A stretch of DNA of 53,366 bases. Source: Halocafeteria seosinensis (Eukaryota). Each line of letters opens with the position of its first letter. The first letter of the stretch is position 1. Where the stretch lies: the NCBI GenBank assembly GCA_001687465.1, contig LVLI01000144.1, forward strand, positions 1 through 53,366, read 5' to 3'. The notes below the pieces were generated by a model. It was not told the origin of the DNA and did no database searches. It worked only from the letters and a program-made list of their open reading frames with translations. The translations under genes and the position numbers were made by a program. This document shows, piece by piece, positions 43,291 to 53,366 of this stretch.

Positions 43291-45673
43291 TTGAATCGAC
43301 GCCCCAGTTCTGCTCGAAGTTCCCTCCACCTGCTTGCTATTTGAATTGGAAGAACTACGTGAGCAGAGAATGAAGGGCAAACGACACAAGAAAGCCTGAA
43401 AGCATTTCAAAGAGTGGCGGGAAAAGCTTGCAGGCAGAATCCCCGTTTGTGCAACAGACTCAACACGCTCACTGCCATTCCTGATTACCAGGCAGGCCCT
43501 GGATTATGAAAGTTTGGAACAAAATACCCTCTTGTCATAGTCGTTCCTGATCTCAACTCATCAAAGTTTCCTATCCATCGAATAGAAATGACTGCGACAT
43601 CACAGCCAGCGTCTTGGCAGTTGCAACAAGATGCAAAGGAGGAAGTAATGATGTACCATGTAGTTACCTTCCATGTGGGTAATAGTAATTACATTGTAGA
43701 GCGTTGGGGAGCATGAGCAAGAACCTAGTAGTTCAACCTACCGACGCTCGAACATTACTAGTAGTCAGGCTGGCATAGTTTTCGCACAGACCTACTACGG
43801 ATGCTCTTTCAAGCAAACAAAGATCTTGTCTTTATTGAGACCGACGGACAATTAAATTTCGATGCCATTAATGCCAACGTCCTCGAGAGTTTTACCTGGT
43901 AGTGTTGAGTACGTGATTGCGAGCACTGACAGCTCTCGGTCGACCAGCTGACAGAGGAAATGAGTGCAAGATATGGTCGGGCAAGTTTGAACTTCGTCAT
44001 TATTCTTATTGTATGCTTCTCAAAAGACTCATCTAGATAAACCATTTCTTCCCATGACGCCCTGCGTAAACTTGTTCATGGGCCTCCCTAGATGCCAGGT
44101 TATCGGAGATGCAAAGAACGGGACAAGTTCAGAAGCACTGGTTTTCTGGGAAGTGCTATGTCGATGGTCTGATCGAGCCGCGGCGCGACGCGGTTGAGGA
44201 CGGCAACTTCGAGGAGCATCGTTTCGCCGAGCAAGGCTCCAACTTCCGCTGGATTACTTTGGTCGATGAAAGTGAGAGCAACAACAGCACCCTCGAGTGG
44301 TACCAATACACTTTCCACGGCGAGGGAACGATCCTCAACGGCCAACGAGACCTCCATGCGGACAGGTCCAACTGCCGAAAAATGTACGACATCGACAACA
44401 CCTTCGAGTCTTCGACCACGAACTCCGCACCGGTCACCAGGGGCGCGTCTACTACCGCAACCGCGTGCGCTCGGCCGCTTCACCCAACACGATCCGTTGC
44501 GACACGTGGATGAGATGAATTTGTATCATTACGTAAGAAGCTTTCTGATCACAATGCAGAATCCTTCTGGCTTCGGTTGCAAGACTTTGCTTCAAGTGTG
44601 TCAACATGCACAGCTACAAACAAGATGACAAGAAAGTGCGTGTAATACCCGTGTATACCGTTGTATTGACAAGAAGCGTTCACAGACCGCTTTCGAAGTA
44701 CTCCTCACCGGAAGCCATGACTTCGGCGACGACAAGGATTGAGATGCAATCTTAGGCAGTACCCTTCAGGCATTTCATTAATTTTTTTATTTTTTAGCTT
44801 CAATGTTCTTTCGCATTTTCTCGTCAAATTTTCTGGATCGTCTCTAGCTGGTATTTCTTTAGAAAAAATTCTCTCACTCTCGCTGACTTTGGTGGTTTCA
44901 GAGCTACCGTTATTTTGACTGCGTTTCTCATCCGATGTACTACATGGTATGAGCTGCACAGTGTTAATCGCCTATCTCTCTAGCACGGCATGACTGCTCT
45001 TAATTCCCTTGTTGTTTAGTCGATACTTCAAATATTCTAGCGGGCTTGAATGTGTCAGGACAGTTTACGCATTGCGCGATGGTGGTGGTATTACCAGTGC
45101 AAGGTGTCTTTGAAGAGTGTCAACAGAACAAACGACAACTTGCCAACAAGCAACTTGATCCAACCGAGCTAAGAAAAGAGACAAGGGGAAAACTGAATGT
45201 TTTGTTACTATGTAGCAACCGGTTGTCTACCCTAAATAATACACACGAATTGTATACCGGTTGTAATGTAAAGGCCAATCGGCTACATCAGGGTAATAAC
45301 GCCACACTTGGCGAACTACCTCAACGGGTTCACAACGATGACTGAAACCCATTCCACTATCTAGCTTTTGATGTGGCGGGAGATAACTGTGGCCGATCTT
45401 ACGTATGGGCTGCTGTACCGGGTAAGTTTTGAACGACTTGTTCCGATAAGTTTGTCTCATTTTATTTGTTATTCTATGCCGGTAATTGTAACATGCCTTC
45501 CCAATAATGTTGCATTGAGCACTCACGGAAGTTGTCCGCGTTCGCAGCTGACGTCTCACTGCAACTCTCACAGGAATGGGACTTACTGGTGTCAAACTAG
45601 CATTTAGAGCTACCATGAACTCGGCAGTTCCAATGAAAATCCTGAATATTACTTCTAAATGCAGATACGAACC

Positions 45674-48600
45674 TTAGGCATCTGGCTCATCGTCGTTTAG
45701 GGGATTCATTCGATGATAATCATGGTTTGACGGCTGTTCATTCTCACCATGAGCGATATCCCGTTGGCATACACACGAGCCTGCTTGACATAAACGAGCC
45801 GAAAATTCACTGAATAAGTGGTCCGCAATGGACTGACTTTGTATGTCACTGTGACGAAATAGCTGGCTCCCGTATGCACAAGGATCAAACACAAAGTAGT
45901 CAAACAAACGAGACGAAGGGACGGTGTATGCCCATTCTTTCGCCTCATCTTCCCCAGGCTGGAAAGAATGACGATTGTTAAGGACTCGAGAAACCGCATT
46001 GGATATCCGATGACGTATGTCATCAGGTAGACTGTTGACACGTCCCATCGCATATCGGCTCACCCATTGGTATTCCTGTGATAGTGAGCAACATTTACAA
46101 CTCACGTAACGTCGCCATTGGCAACATCCTTGGGAAGGTTGAGTCAGCAATGCTACCAATCCAAGTCGTTCTTTTGAGCCTTTTGTCAATTGGTCACATG
46201 TCGCCATATCTCCACGCTCCCTGTAATGCCAAAGAAGATCAATATAGACGTCGATCAGTCCAAAGCGAAATTCCCAGCGGGTCTCAGTCTTTCCAGTTTT
46301 CTGGATCTTACGTAAACCTTCCTGATCATCATTCACAAAATTGGCACGGATCGCTTGACCTTGTTGCCAACAGAGCATCAATTCTATGTACCATTTGTTG
46401 GGGGTACGATTCCAAAGATGATAAGCGTCCGTGAATAATTGAGAAGGAATGACAATGTCCGAAGCAAAGTTAAGAACTATATCACAGTTCGTTTGATTGT
46501 CTTTGGTAGACATTACAGCCTGTCGCGTGCAAAGTAACTGATAAAAAGCTAGGACTTCTTCCAGATTTCCTCGATTAAATTGGTAAGACTGGCAAACCCA
46601 ACCTTGATAACGACTGATCAAGTAATCAATAGCCCCAAAAATCCGCAATTTGTCAACGATACTCAGGCCAACTGTACGGTTATGGTGAAGCAGTAACAGG
46701 TAACAGCTTTGCAACAGGATATGGGTTAACGACTGAGTCTCAATAGCACTCTTATCCCATTTAGAACGTATCGTCCCAATTAGATCCTCCATAAATTGAC
46801 TTGTAATAAGAAAACTAGCGACAGATTCCTTCGAGTTCTCATTATCACTGATATAATAACGATGTAGGCTTCGCGCCCAATTGAAAAAGCCAGACTGATG
46901 ATTGCTTAGCTCTCGTATATATGGATAAACTTGATCAAAATACTGGTCGTTCAGTTCTCTTACGCTAGGGCACTCCGTATCTCCTTTTGGGCATGATGCA
47001 AGATACTCCTTCAACAACTGTGACAGCTCGTTAATATAGCGACTACGTCGCTTCCTTCGAAGTAACGCATTACCAAAGCAGAGAGTAGCAGAAACAACTG
47101 CTACACCCACCGCCAAGAATTTGAAAACTTGACTCATAGAAAAGCTTACCTGAGGTATCGTCTTAATCTGCAACCTTAAAACGCCTTGAGCGTGACCACC
47201 ATGGCCGTCGAATGCTTGAATGATGATAGAATAAACATCATGATTTGGTATCGAAGTTAGATCCGCTTGCAATTCTTGTGACTCAGAAGAGTACTTCAAC
47301 CAACCAGGCTTGTGTGAAAACTGATAATGAAGGGTGTCACCGTCCGGATCTTTAAAATGGTCCACAATCGAATAGCTCCAGGGTTCAAGAATACGAAGAG
47401 TATGTTGGCCAAATGCTCGCGTTAACACAGGGGCGCGATTAGGCACTGTCACAGCGAAATAGCTGTGCACTGAATGCCCACAGCGTGATCGCTCTTGATA
47501 CGGATGTTGGAAACAATCCTTCACGATTAAACTGATGTTATAACTCCCTTGATCACCGGTTTTGGGACTAAAAACGAATGTGTTGGATTCTATAGATAAG
47601 TTGATCCAGTCTGGGAGGGGCCCCCTATTCTCGAATTCAGTCGATTGAATGTAAATGCGATCGCCATCAGGGTCTCTTTCTTGCAATGGTTTTATATAAA
47701 TATTGTCCACATAGACATACTGATCGCCAATGGATATGTTTGGGGAGCGGTTTGGCACATTAATAGTCAAAAGTTTCGAACCTATACCACCAAAGGAATC
47801 TATAGCGGTTACGTTGGCAGTATAGTTTCCTTGATATCCGGAAATCATCGTCGCTGATATAATGCCTGTTTTCGGATCCACTACCAACCACGGAGGAGCA
47901 CGGGGATAAAGAGCTAAGCCGTAGCTTGTAATGGTATCATTTTCTGGATCCCAAACATGCTTCAGTAGAACGTTACTGATATCGAGACCATCTATCCAGA
48001 AACGCAGAGTAGTAGGTCCTGAATAGTAGGGTGGTTGATTCGGAACATCAATAACCATCCGGTAGCGGATCAAAAACTGATAAGGAAGGGTATAATGCTT
48101 CGCTGAGTCATACAGAAAGGAATACTCTAAGTCAAAGTCTAGCGAATATAGGCCACGAACGGTTCCGGTCGGTATACCATAAATACTATGATTTATAAAA
48201 TCCATATTGAGCCAGACAGCAGCATTGATAGACCTCATTTTTTTAAGAGTAGCACTTCCGTACTGCTCAGAGTTCATTTCAAGCAGATCCACAGAAAAAT
48301 GTTCACCGAATTTGGCTTTTTGTAATAACGGAGGAGTGGCCTGTTTCGGATAAGGTCTCAATTGGCCTGGCAGACTTCTCAAATCCTCCCCCCTCGTAGG
48401 TATAGAGTGGGATTCGAAGGTGGAATACTGATGAGCTTCAAAGCTCATCGAAACATGTAGAGAGTAGGCGTACGGTACAACGTCCTCGAATTCCCAGGGT
48501 GAATCCGGAATAAACCAATACTCTGGTAACAAAACGGCATTTGTACTCCAGTAAGGCAGGGACAACAATCCCTCGTCGATACCGACGTAAAGGAAACCAT

Positions 48601-51600
48601 CGTTATGGTTCAGAGAAAAAACAGCAACGTTTTTGAATTTGTTGCGGATGACGGCAGCTTGCCTTATCTCACCATTTGTCTCCCAGTGTATCAGTAGAAT
48701 ACAATTGCATTCGTACAAAATGGATCGCCAATTGATTCCGGTAATTAAAGAACTGTCAGGCATCTGAGTTACAGCCTTTTCAGGGTCGTCAAACTTCCGT
48801 ATACTAGCCAACCCTCCAACCACTCTATTCCATAGCATTGTCCCTTCCTCATTCAATTGCGCTACAAAAAAAAGTAAAGCATTCTCTTGTTGAATGTAAC
48901 TGGTAAACCAGATCGAAGAATCATTCCCAAAAATATTGCTATAGTAAGTATTTCTGAAAGAAGCGGGCAAGATGATCGATTTAACCCAATAAAAGGATAA
49001 ATCAAATCCTACTTTTGCTACACTAGGGTTTTCAGCCCCGCTGGCTACCCAGATAGAGTTATTGGCATTATCCACCCATAGCGACTTCCAACCAAGTGAT
49101 CCGTCATTGGAGAGCTGGGCTGAGCTGCATAAATAGTGATTTTCTCCAACACTTACTTTGCGTAAAGAACCATTTCTCGTCAACGCCCAGAACGTCAACT
49201 TATCCTGAAACGTTACGTCGTAGAAGACAAGGTTTGGATGGTCAATCTTTTTAGCTCCCTCAGGTCCCCAGTTGCCAGTTTTTGTCATTGTACCCCAGAA
49301 ACTGGTATTTTTGTACTCTTTGAAGTAAGCCACTGAAACGAGAATGTGTGAGGAAGCAGATATAGACAACCCAACAGTTCTCAAAGGCGCACCGGTACCA
49401 CCGGCAAGGCAGTTGCTAACTGTTTTTATCCAAACTATTTCCGCTTTTTCATTTGCTCGTGCTATGAACACTCCAGGGTAAGGAGAATCAGGATTAACCA
49501 TACACTGTTTAGTTGGTGCATGCATACCGATAATGAAAGCGTCACTTGAATTCGGATCAACCTCGATATCCAATACCTCCGTAACTGAGTACGAATTCAT
49601 AGCAGGAGAATCCTCCCCTACGTATTCCTCGACTCCACTAACAAACGCATGAGCTCGTAAACAATTTGAAGCAGGGACAGTCAACCAAAAGTCACATTTC
49701 TGACCATTGTTAACAGAAACCATCGTTAGAGGTACATACGTAACGATCTCATTAGCCGGATAGATACTGCTTAAGACACCCGACGTCTCATTATAACTCA
49801 ACCACTGAGGTAGCATACTACCGTTCGCTAACCGCACCTGGTACTCGTCGGTAAAATACTTTCCACCAAACCACATCGAAGACAAATCATAGTGACGTAA
49901 AACACCCGGATAAGCAGGCAAAATAGCATAAGTAGGATTCAACCCGCGATTACCCGCAAACACGATACTTATGTTTGCCTGGGAAAAGTTCCCAAAATAA
50001 GAAAACTCCGCATGATGACGGTGAAGACTCGCCTGCTGCTGGTTACTTGCTAAATTTTCGACTTTGATATCCAGTTTCCTCGATACCAAATCAAAGTAGT
50101 CTCCATCAAAAGGATTGCTCTCACCCAAAATAACGCGCCAAAACAATATTTCATTGGTGTAAGAGGAAGACTCTGTATTCTTAAAGTACTGCCCCACTAA
50201 GTATAGAGCAGCTGGTGTCCGCTGCTTTTGAGTTAAAATGGGAGTGGCATACGCTGTAAAAGCATCGTGCACATAACCACGTAAAATTACGGCTTGCTTC
50301 AATTCTCCGGAATAGCTAAACTGGGCAATAAATGGGTGCCATGCTTTAGTATACCAGCGAGGATTCACTTGGAAGTTCATAGTACCAGTGAGCCAGATAC
50401 CTTGAGAATCAGCGACGGCCGAAGCAGCCCTTACTCCCAGGTTTCGGTGGCCGTTTTGCACCTCAACTGCTATCCGTGTCAGTAACCAATCCGCAGAACG
50501 ATTTGACGGGATTTGAAATAAATACGACCAAGAACGGTACGATCTGCTTTGATCATGTCGAACGACCACCGAAACACTTCCACTTGCTCCTGTGACCATC
50601 GTTACAAGTTTAGTACAACAGCCGAAAATGGGAGTCTTTATGCATCGGCTAGCGTCGATACTATTTCGAATTGTGTTAATCTCGAAGAAGCATAATCTGC
50701 TGTTCATGCGAACGCGGAACTCATGCAAAACTAAGAGCAATTTTTCTGAAACAATCTTGGCCCGCAAACTCACGTAGCCGGCCAAACTGAATTCTCCAAG
50801 TAATTGCAATTGCTTCAGTTTCCCAACTCGATCAACAGCGGCTAAGAGTACATGCACTTTACCACTTGTTTCATTGCGAAACCAACTGGTGATCCATACC
50901 GTTTCATCCTGAGAGCTCCCAGGGGTCTGGACTGCTAGTGACGAATGACCATATGACGGTGGTGTATGTCCATAGTTTAATCCCTTAAGCACTTTAAAAT
51001 TCTCTACCACTCCTGTTGTATCAATTGTACCGTAACCAAGGTACCCTTTTGTTTCCTTGGGATCGTCAAATACTGTTCCGACGAACCAAGCGGAGCCCTC
51101 TTCCGTTAAGCCTATAGCGTCTGGAGGATCATCTTGGCCAGTTAATTCGTGTTTGATACCTATGATTTGTTTTGCCCACTGAAGCTCCCCTTCTTTTGAC
51201 CACCTGCCTATAAACAGGTCCCCGACATTGTTGGCCGCATCTTTTTCTGCATGTATTGCACCGGCCACCCAGATACCTCCCCACAAATCTACTTCCATGT
51301 CCGTAATTGCAAAAACTGTTTTGAAAGACACCCGTAGATGAGCGCGAACGTACGAAAACGGTGATCCGGAACGCATATGCATATGATGTTTGATGGTACA
51401 CTTGTCATCGTCGTTATCGAGAAAAGATCGCTCCCAGTAGCTAGAAGCGTCTGTATCAGTCATTACCCAATCTAAACGAGAAGGCTCCACATCTTGTAAT
51501 GTAAGACCGTAGCCTCGTGCTTCCACTTCATCAGACAGATCATGAAGATTCTCTTCACCAAGTTCCTCATATAAGTTATTTCTCTCAGTTTCCGGAGGAA

Positions 51601-51700
51601 TCGAATCCATGGATCGGACACAGCTGGCTAGCAAAACCATTAGGGTAGGTAGTACCGGTAGTTGTAAGGCCAAAGAGCTTGACCTGGACTTGGCAATCAT
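45674..51700 (-). CDS. Large intronless type I membrane receptor/adhesin-like protein: propeller-like repeats, cadherin-like (CADG/He_PIG) Ig domains, TM, and a ~460-aa cytoplasmic domain (alternative ATG at 51784)
   Basis: 6.1-kb uninterrupted ORF with a signal-peptide-like stretch (LPVLPTLMVLLASCVRS). Repeated G.L.W.K propeller-type blades. Ig repeats with N..P, DPDGD.L.Y, LP.WL and A.D..GG motifs. TM FLAVGVAVVSATLCFGNALL followed by RRKRR. Confidence 0.8.
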   Translation of the reverse strand: MIAKSRSSSLALQLPVLPTLMVLLASCVRSMDSIPPETERNNLYEELGEENLHDLSDEVEARGYGLTLQDVEPSRLDWVMTDTDASSYWERSFLDNDDDKCTIKHHMHMRSGSPFSYVRAHLRVSFKTVFAITDMEVDLWGGIWVAGAIHAEKDAANNVGDLFIGRWSKEGELQWAKQIIGIKHELTGQDDPPDAIGLTEEGSAWFVGTVFDDPKETKGYLGYGTIDTTGVVENFKVLKGLNYGHTPPSYGHSSLAVQTPGSSQDETVWITSWFRNETSGKVHVLLAAVDRVGKLKQLQLLGEFSLAGYVSLRAKIVSEKLLLVLHEFRVRMNSRLCFFEINTIRNSIDASRCIKTPIFGCCTKLVTMVTGASGSVSVVVRHDQSRSYRSWSYLFQIPSNRSADWLLTRIAVEVQNGHRNLGVRAASAVADSQGIWLTGTMNFQVNPRWYTKAWHPFIAQFSYSGELKQAVILRGYVHDAFTAYATPILTQKQRTPAALYLVGQYFKNTESSSYTNEILFWRVILGESNPFDGDYFDLVSRKLDIKVENLASNQQQASLHRHHAEFSYFGNFSQANISIVFAGNRGLNPTYAILPAYPGVLRHYDLSSMWFGGKYFTDEYQVRLANGSMLPQWLSYNETSGVLSSIYPANEIVTYVPLTMVSVNNGQKCDFWLTVPASNCLRAHAFVSGVEEYVGEDSPAMNSYSVTEVLDIEVDPNSSDAFIIGMHAPTKQCMVNPDSPYPGVFIARANEKAEIVWIKTVSNCLAGGTGAPLRTVGLSISASSHILVSVAYFKEYKNTSFWGTMTKTGNWGPEGAKKIDHPNLVFYDVTFQDKLTFWALTRNGSLRKVSVGENHYLCSSAQLSNDGSLGWKSLWVDNANNSIWVASGAENPSVAKVGFDLSFYWVKSIILPASFRNTYYSNIFGNDSSIWFTSYIQQENALLFFVAQLNEEGTMLWNRVVGGLASIRKFDDPEKAVTQMPDSSLITGINWRSILYECNCILLIHWETNGEIRQAAVIRNKFKNVAVFSLNHNDGFLYVGIDEGLLSLPYWSTNAVLLPEYWFIPDSPWEFEDVVPYAYSLHVSMSFEAHQYSTFESHSIPTRGEDLRSLPGQLRPYPKQATPPLLQKAKFGEHFSVDLLEMNSEQYGSATLKKMRSINAAVWLNMDFINHSIYGIPTGTVRGLYSLDFDLEYSFLYDSAKHYTLPYQFLIRYRMVIDVPNQPPYYSGPTTLRFWIDGLDISNVLLKHVWDPENDTITSYGLALYPRAPPWLVVDPKTGIISATMISGYQGNYTANVTAIDSFGGIGSKLLTINVPNRSPNISIGDQYVYVDNIYIKPLQERDPDGDRIYIQSTEFENRGPLPDWINLSIESNTFVFSPKTGDQGSYNISLIVKDCFQHPYQERSRCGHSVHSYFAVTVPNRAPVLTRAFGQHTLRILEPWSYSIVDHFKDPDGDTLHYQFSHKPGWLKYSSESQELQADLTSIPNHDVYSIIIQAFDGHGGHAQGVLRLQIKTIPQVSFSMSQVFKFLAVGVAVVSATLCFGNALLRRKRRSRYINELSQLLKEYLASCPKGDTECPSVRELNDQYFDQVYPYIRELSNHQSGFFNWARSLHRYYISDNENSKESVASFLITSQFMEDLIGTIRSKWDKSAIETQSLTHILLQSCYLLLLHHNRTVGLSIVDKLRIFGAIDYLISRYQGWVCQSYQFNRGNLEEVLAFYQLLCTRQAVMSTKDNQTNCDIVLNFASDIVIPSQLFTDAYHLWNRTPNKWYIELMLCWQQGQAIRANFVNDDQEGLRKIQKTGKTETRWEFRFGLIDVYIDLLWHYRERGDMATCDQLTKGSKERLGLVALLTQPSQGCCQWRRYVSCKCCSLSQEYQWVSRYAMGRVNSLPDDIRHRISNAVSRVLNNRHSFQPGEDEAKEWAYTVPSSRLFDYFVFDPCAYGSQLFRHSDIQSQSIADHLFSEFSARLCQAGSCVCQRDIAHGENEQPSNHDYHRMNPLNDDEPDA

Positions 51701-51977
51701 AATTTTTGCGATGGCAACCACACAAAGACGTAAACGATGTCTGCGAACACAAACCGGTGCGATTAGTTTGACCAGTGACTCCATAGTGTGAGTCTTGACA
51801 GAAATTTGGGACAACTGTACAGAACGTACAGTTCAAAACTATACAGAATACGACTTCAACTTCAACAAAACTAGGTGGTACCAAAGTCTTACATAAATCG
51901 ACGTGTATTACATGTTTGTTTCGGTCAATTTGTATAACATGACCATGTTGATAATCAACGGTGAAGTGGCTTCACTA

Positions 51978-53366
51978 TCATTGCGGTGTTTTGGTACAGA
52001 GGCAAAAACAAGTTGCCAATACTCCTCCAACAAGCAGGCGCCTGGAAGTACACATCTGGACGACAAGTATATCGCATATGCATATAGTATGCGTTCTTAA
52101 TATTTCTGATACGATGCGGACAAATGAACAGCGGAAATTCGTCCTTCGACTGTGAAGAGCGTGTGGTCTGGCGAAGTCCAGCTGTCTAGCACTTGCTAAC
52201 TTTGGCGGCATCAGCTCACTGAGAGGAGTGTCACTGTCGCAATCGCTACTCTCGTCACCAGGCAGCAACTGTACACCCTTGTCATCAGGAAATAGCGCTT
52301 TCCAGAATGTCTGGAATGTTCCCGAAAGGTCGTTCTTCAGGAAACGAACGGGTTCCCATGAGTTTTCGCTTTCTGGGTAGCCCTTCCACTTCACAGACAC
52401 ACGCTTCTTCGCGGGATCATACTTGACGAACCTTTCGACCACATGCTTCTTTGTCCTCTTACCTGATCCAAAGCTGCGTTTCGAAGTGCTTGACGGCCTG
52501 TTCTAAACTATTTCACAAGCAGGTGCTGCAATAGGAACACCAGTTGACGTTCTCCTCGACGACTTCTCTCCTGGAACGCGGCTGGCTGACCTGCCGCTAC
52601 ATTTAGAAACACTTGATGCGCTCTTTTCAACTTGCTGGGCGGAACTTCCTGCCTTATGAATGGTCGCTGGACTCGAAGATTTCTTCTTGGCGACGGCGGA
52701 AGATCGACTTCGCTTGACTGGTTTGTTCTTGGTGCTTTGTTTTCTAGCCAGTCTCTGGGAATGCTGGATGTCAGGGACATAAGCACTGGGTTTTAAATTC
52801 TCGGCATTTCCTATTTGCTTCAGAGATGAGTCTTTAGGTGCTTTAGCTGGAAATATTTTCTTGTACATCGCGGTGTGCTGCTCCTGAAGAGATGTAGCAG
52901 ACATTAGAATTTTAATCCAAAGCTCTTTCTGTGTCAGTGCACTCTCAAGCAGTGGTATCAGCAGTGTCTTCTGCAGCGACTTTCGCGCGTTCAATCCAGC
53001 AGCAGAATCTTGATTGGCCAACTCGAGATTTCGAGCCACACTGCTTCTGCGAGAAGCAGCCAACTTCAGCTCACGGGAATACTCCAAGTTGCCATTTACA
53101 GGTACTTCCATTGTATCGGACGCAATATGCTCGAACTTGGGGAATGATTCAGCACTATCATCATTGTCATTCATTCCTAGAGGAGGATCTTGCTCCACAT
53201 CTTCAGCAGAGAGGAAGTCATTAACAGTGACGAGACAACCAATTGCATCCTCGCTAATAGGTAAGCCTGAATAAAGGGCATTCATATCAACGCCTTCGGT
53301 TCCTTCCGTCCTTAAGTTCCTCGTAATGAAAGGTAGCTTATCTTCAGACATGCGAAAGCACTTGAG
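51978..53366 (-). pseudogene. 3' part of a chromodomain-containing ORF (possibly transposon-derived), split by one in-frame TAG at 52503-52505 and open beyond the window end
   Basis: ORFs 52503-53351 and 51978-52442 share a frame (offset 909), and the 60 nt between them are open. Chromodomain HVVERFV..VSVKWKGYPESENSWEPVRFL. Confidence 0.6.

Noticed and set aside
44705..45616. Short ORFs downstream of the 2000-aa gene
   Set aside because: No recognisable domains and frequent stops in all frames.
43230..52505. Stop-codon reassignment or selenocysteine suggested by in-frame TGA (43230) and TAG (52503, also 151)
   Set aside because: Intact conserved genes end in TGA (CHD, UCHL5), TAG (GCN2, NDUFA12) and TAA (COX15, CFAP53) and contain no internal stops. 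The sulfotransferase also has a frameshift, so pseudogenisation is simpler.

Overview
Compact eukaryotic genomic DNA, probably a flagellated protist (stramenopile-like by inference only). It has short GT-AG introns of about 45-130 nt and the standard genetic code. A gene-dense core at about 3.8-41.5 kb holds: a 9-kb intronless CHD-family remodeller with a C-terminal RAMA-like domain, COX15, CFAP53, a membrane-anchored TLDc protein, a two-domain membrane nucleotidyl cyclase with inverted catalytic halves, a Ser/Thr/Pro mucin-like membrane protein, UCHL5, DNLZ/Hep1, NDUFA12 with a long C-terminal extension, and GCN2. Decayed, accessory-type DNA flanks the core on both sides. It includes two inverted copies of a CRE-like retrotransposon endonuclease fragment, an RNase H relic, a sulfotransferase pseudogene and a chromodomain ORF split by one in-frame stop. 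The best novelty candidate is an intronless, lower-GC ~2000-aa receptor-like gene (45674-51700). Its predicted architecture is signal peptide, propeller-like regions, cadherin-like/He_PIG Ig repeats, one TM helix, and a cytoplasmic domain resembling the Arm-like N-terminal domain of fungal/endosymbiont NACHT (NLR-like) proteins. All family assignments come from motif recognition by eye; no database searches were run.
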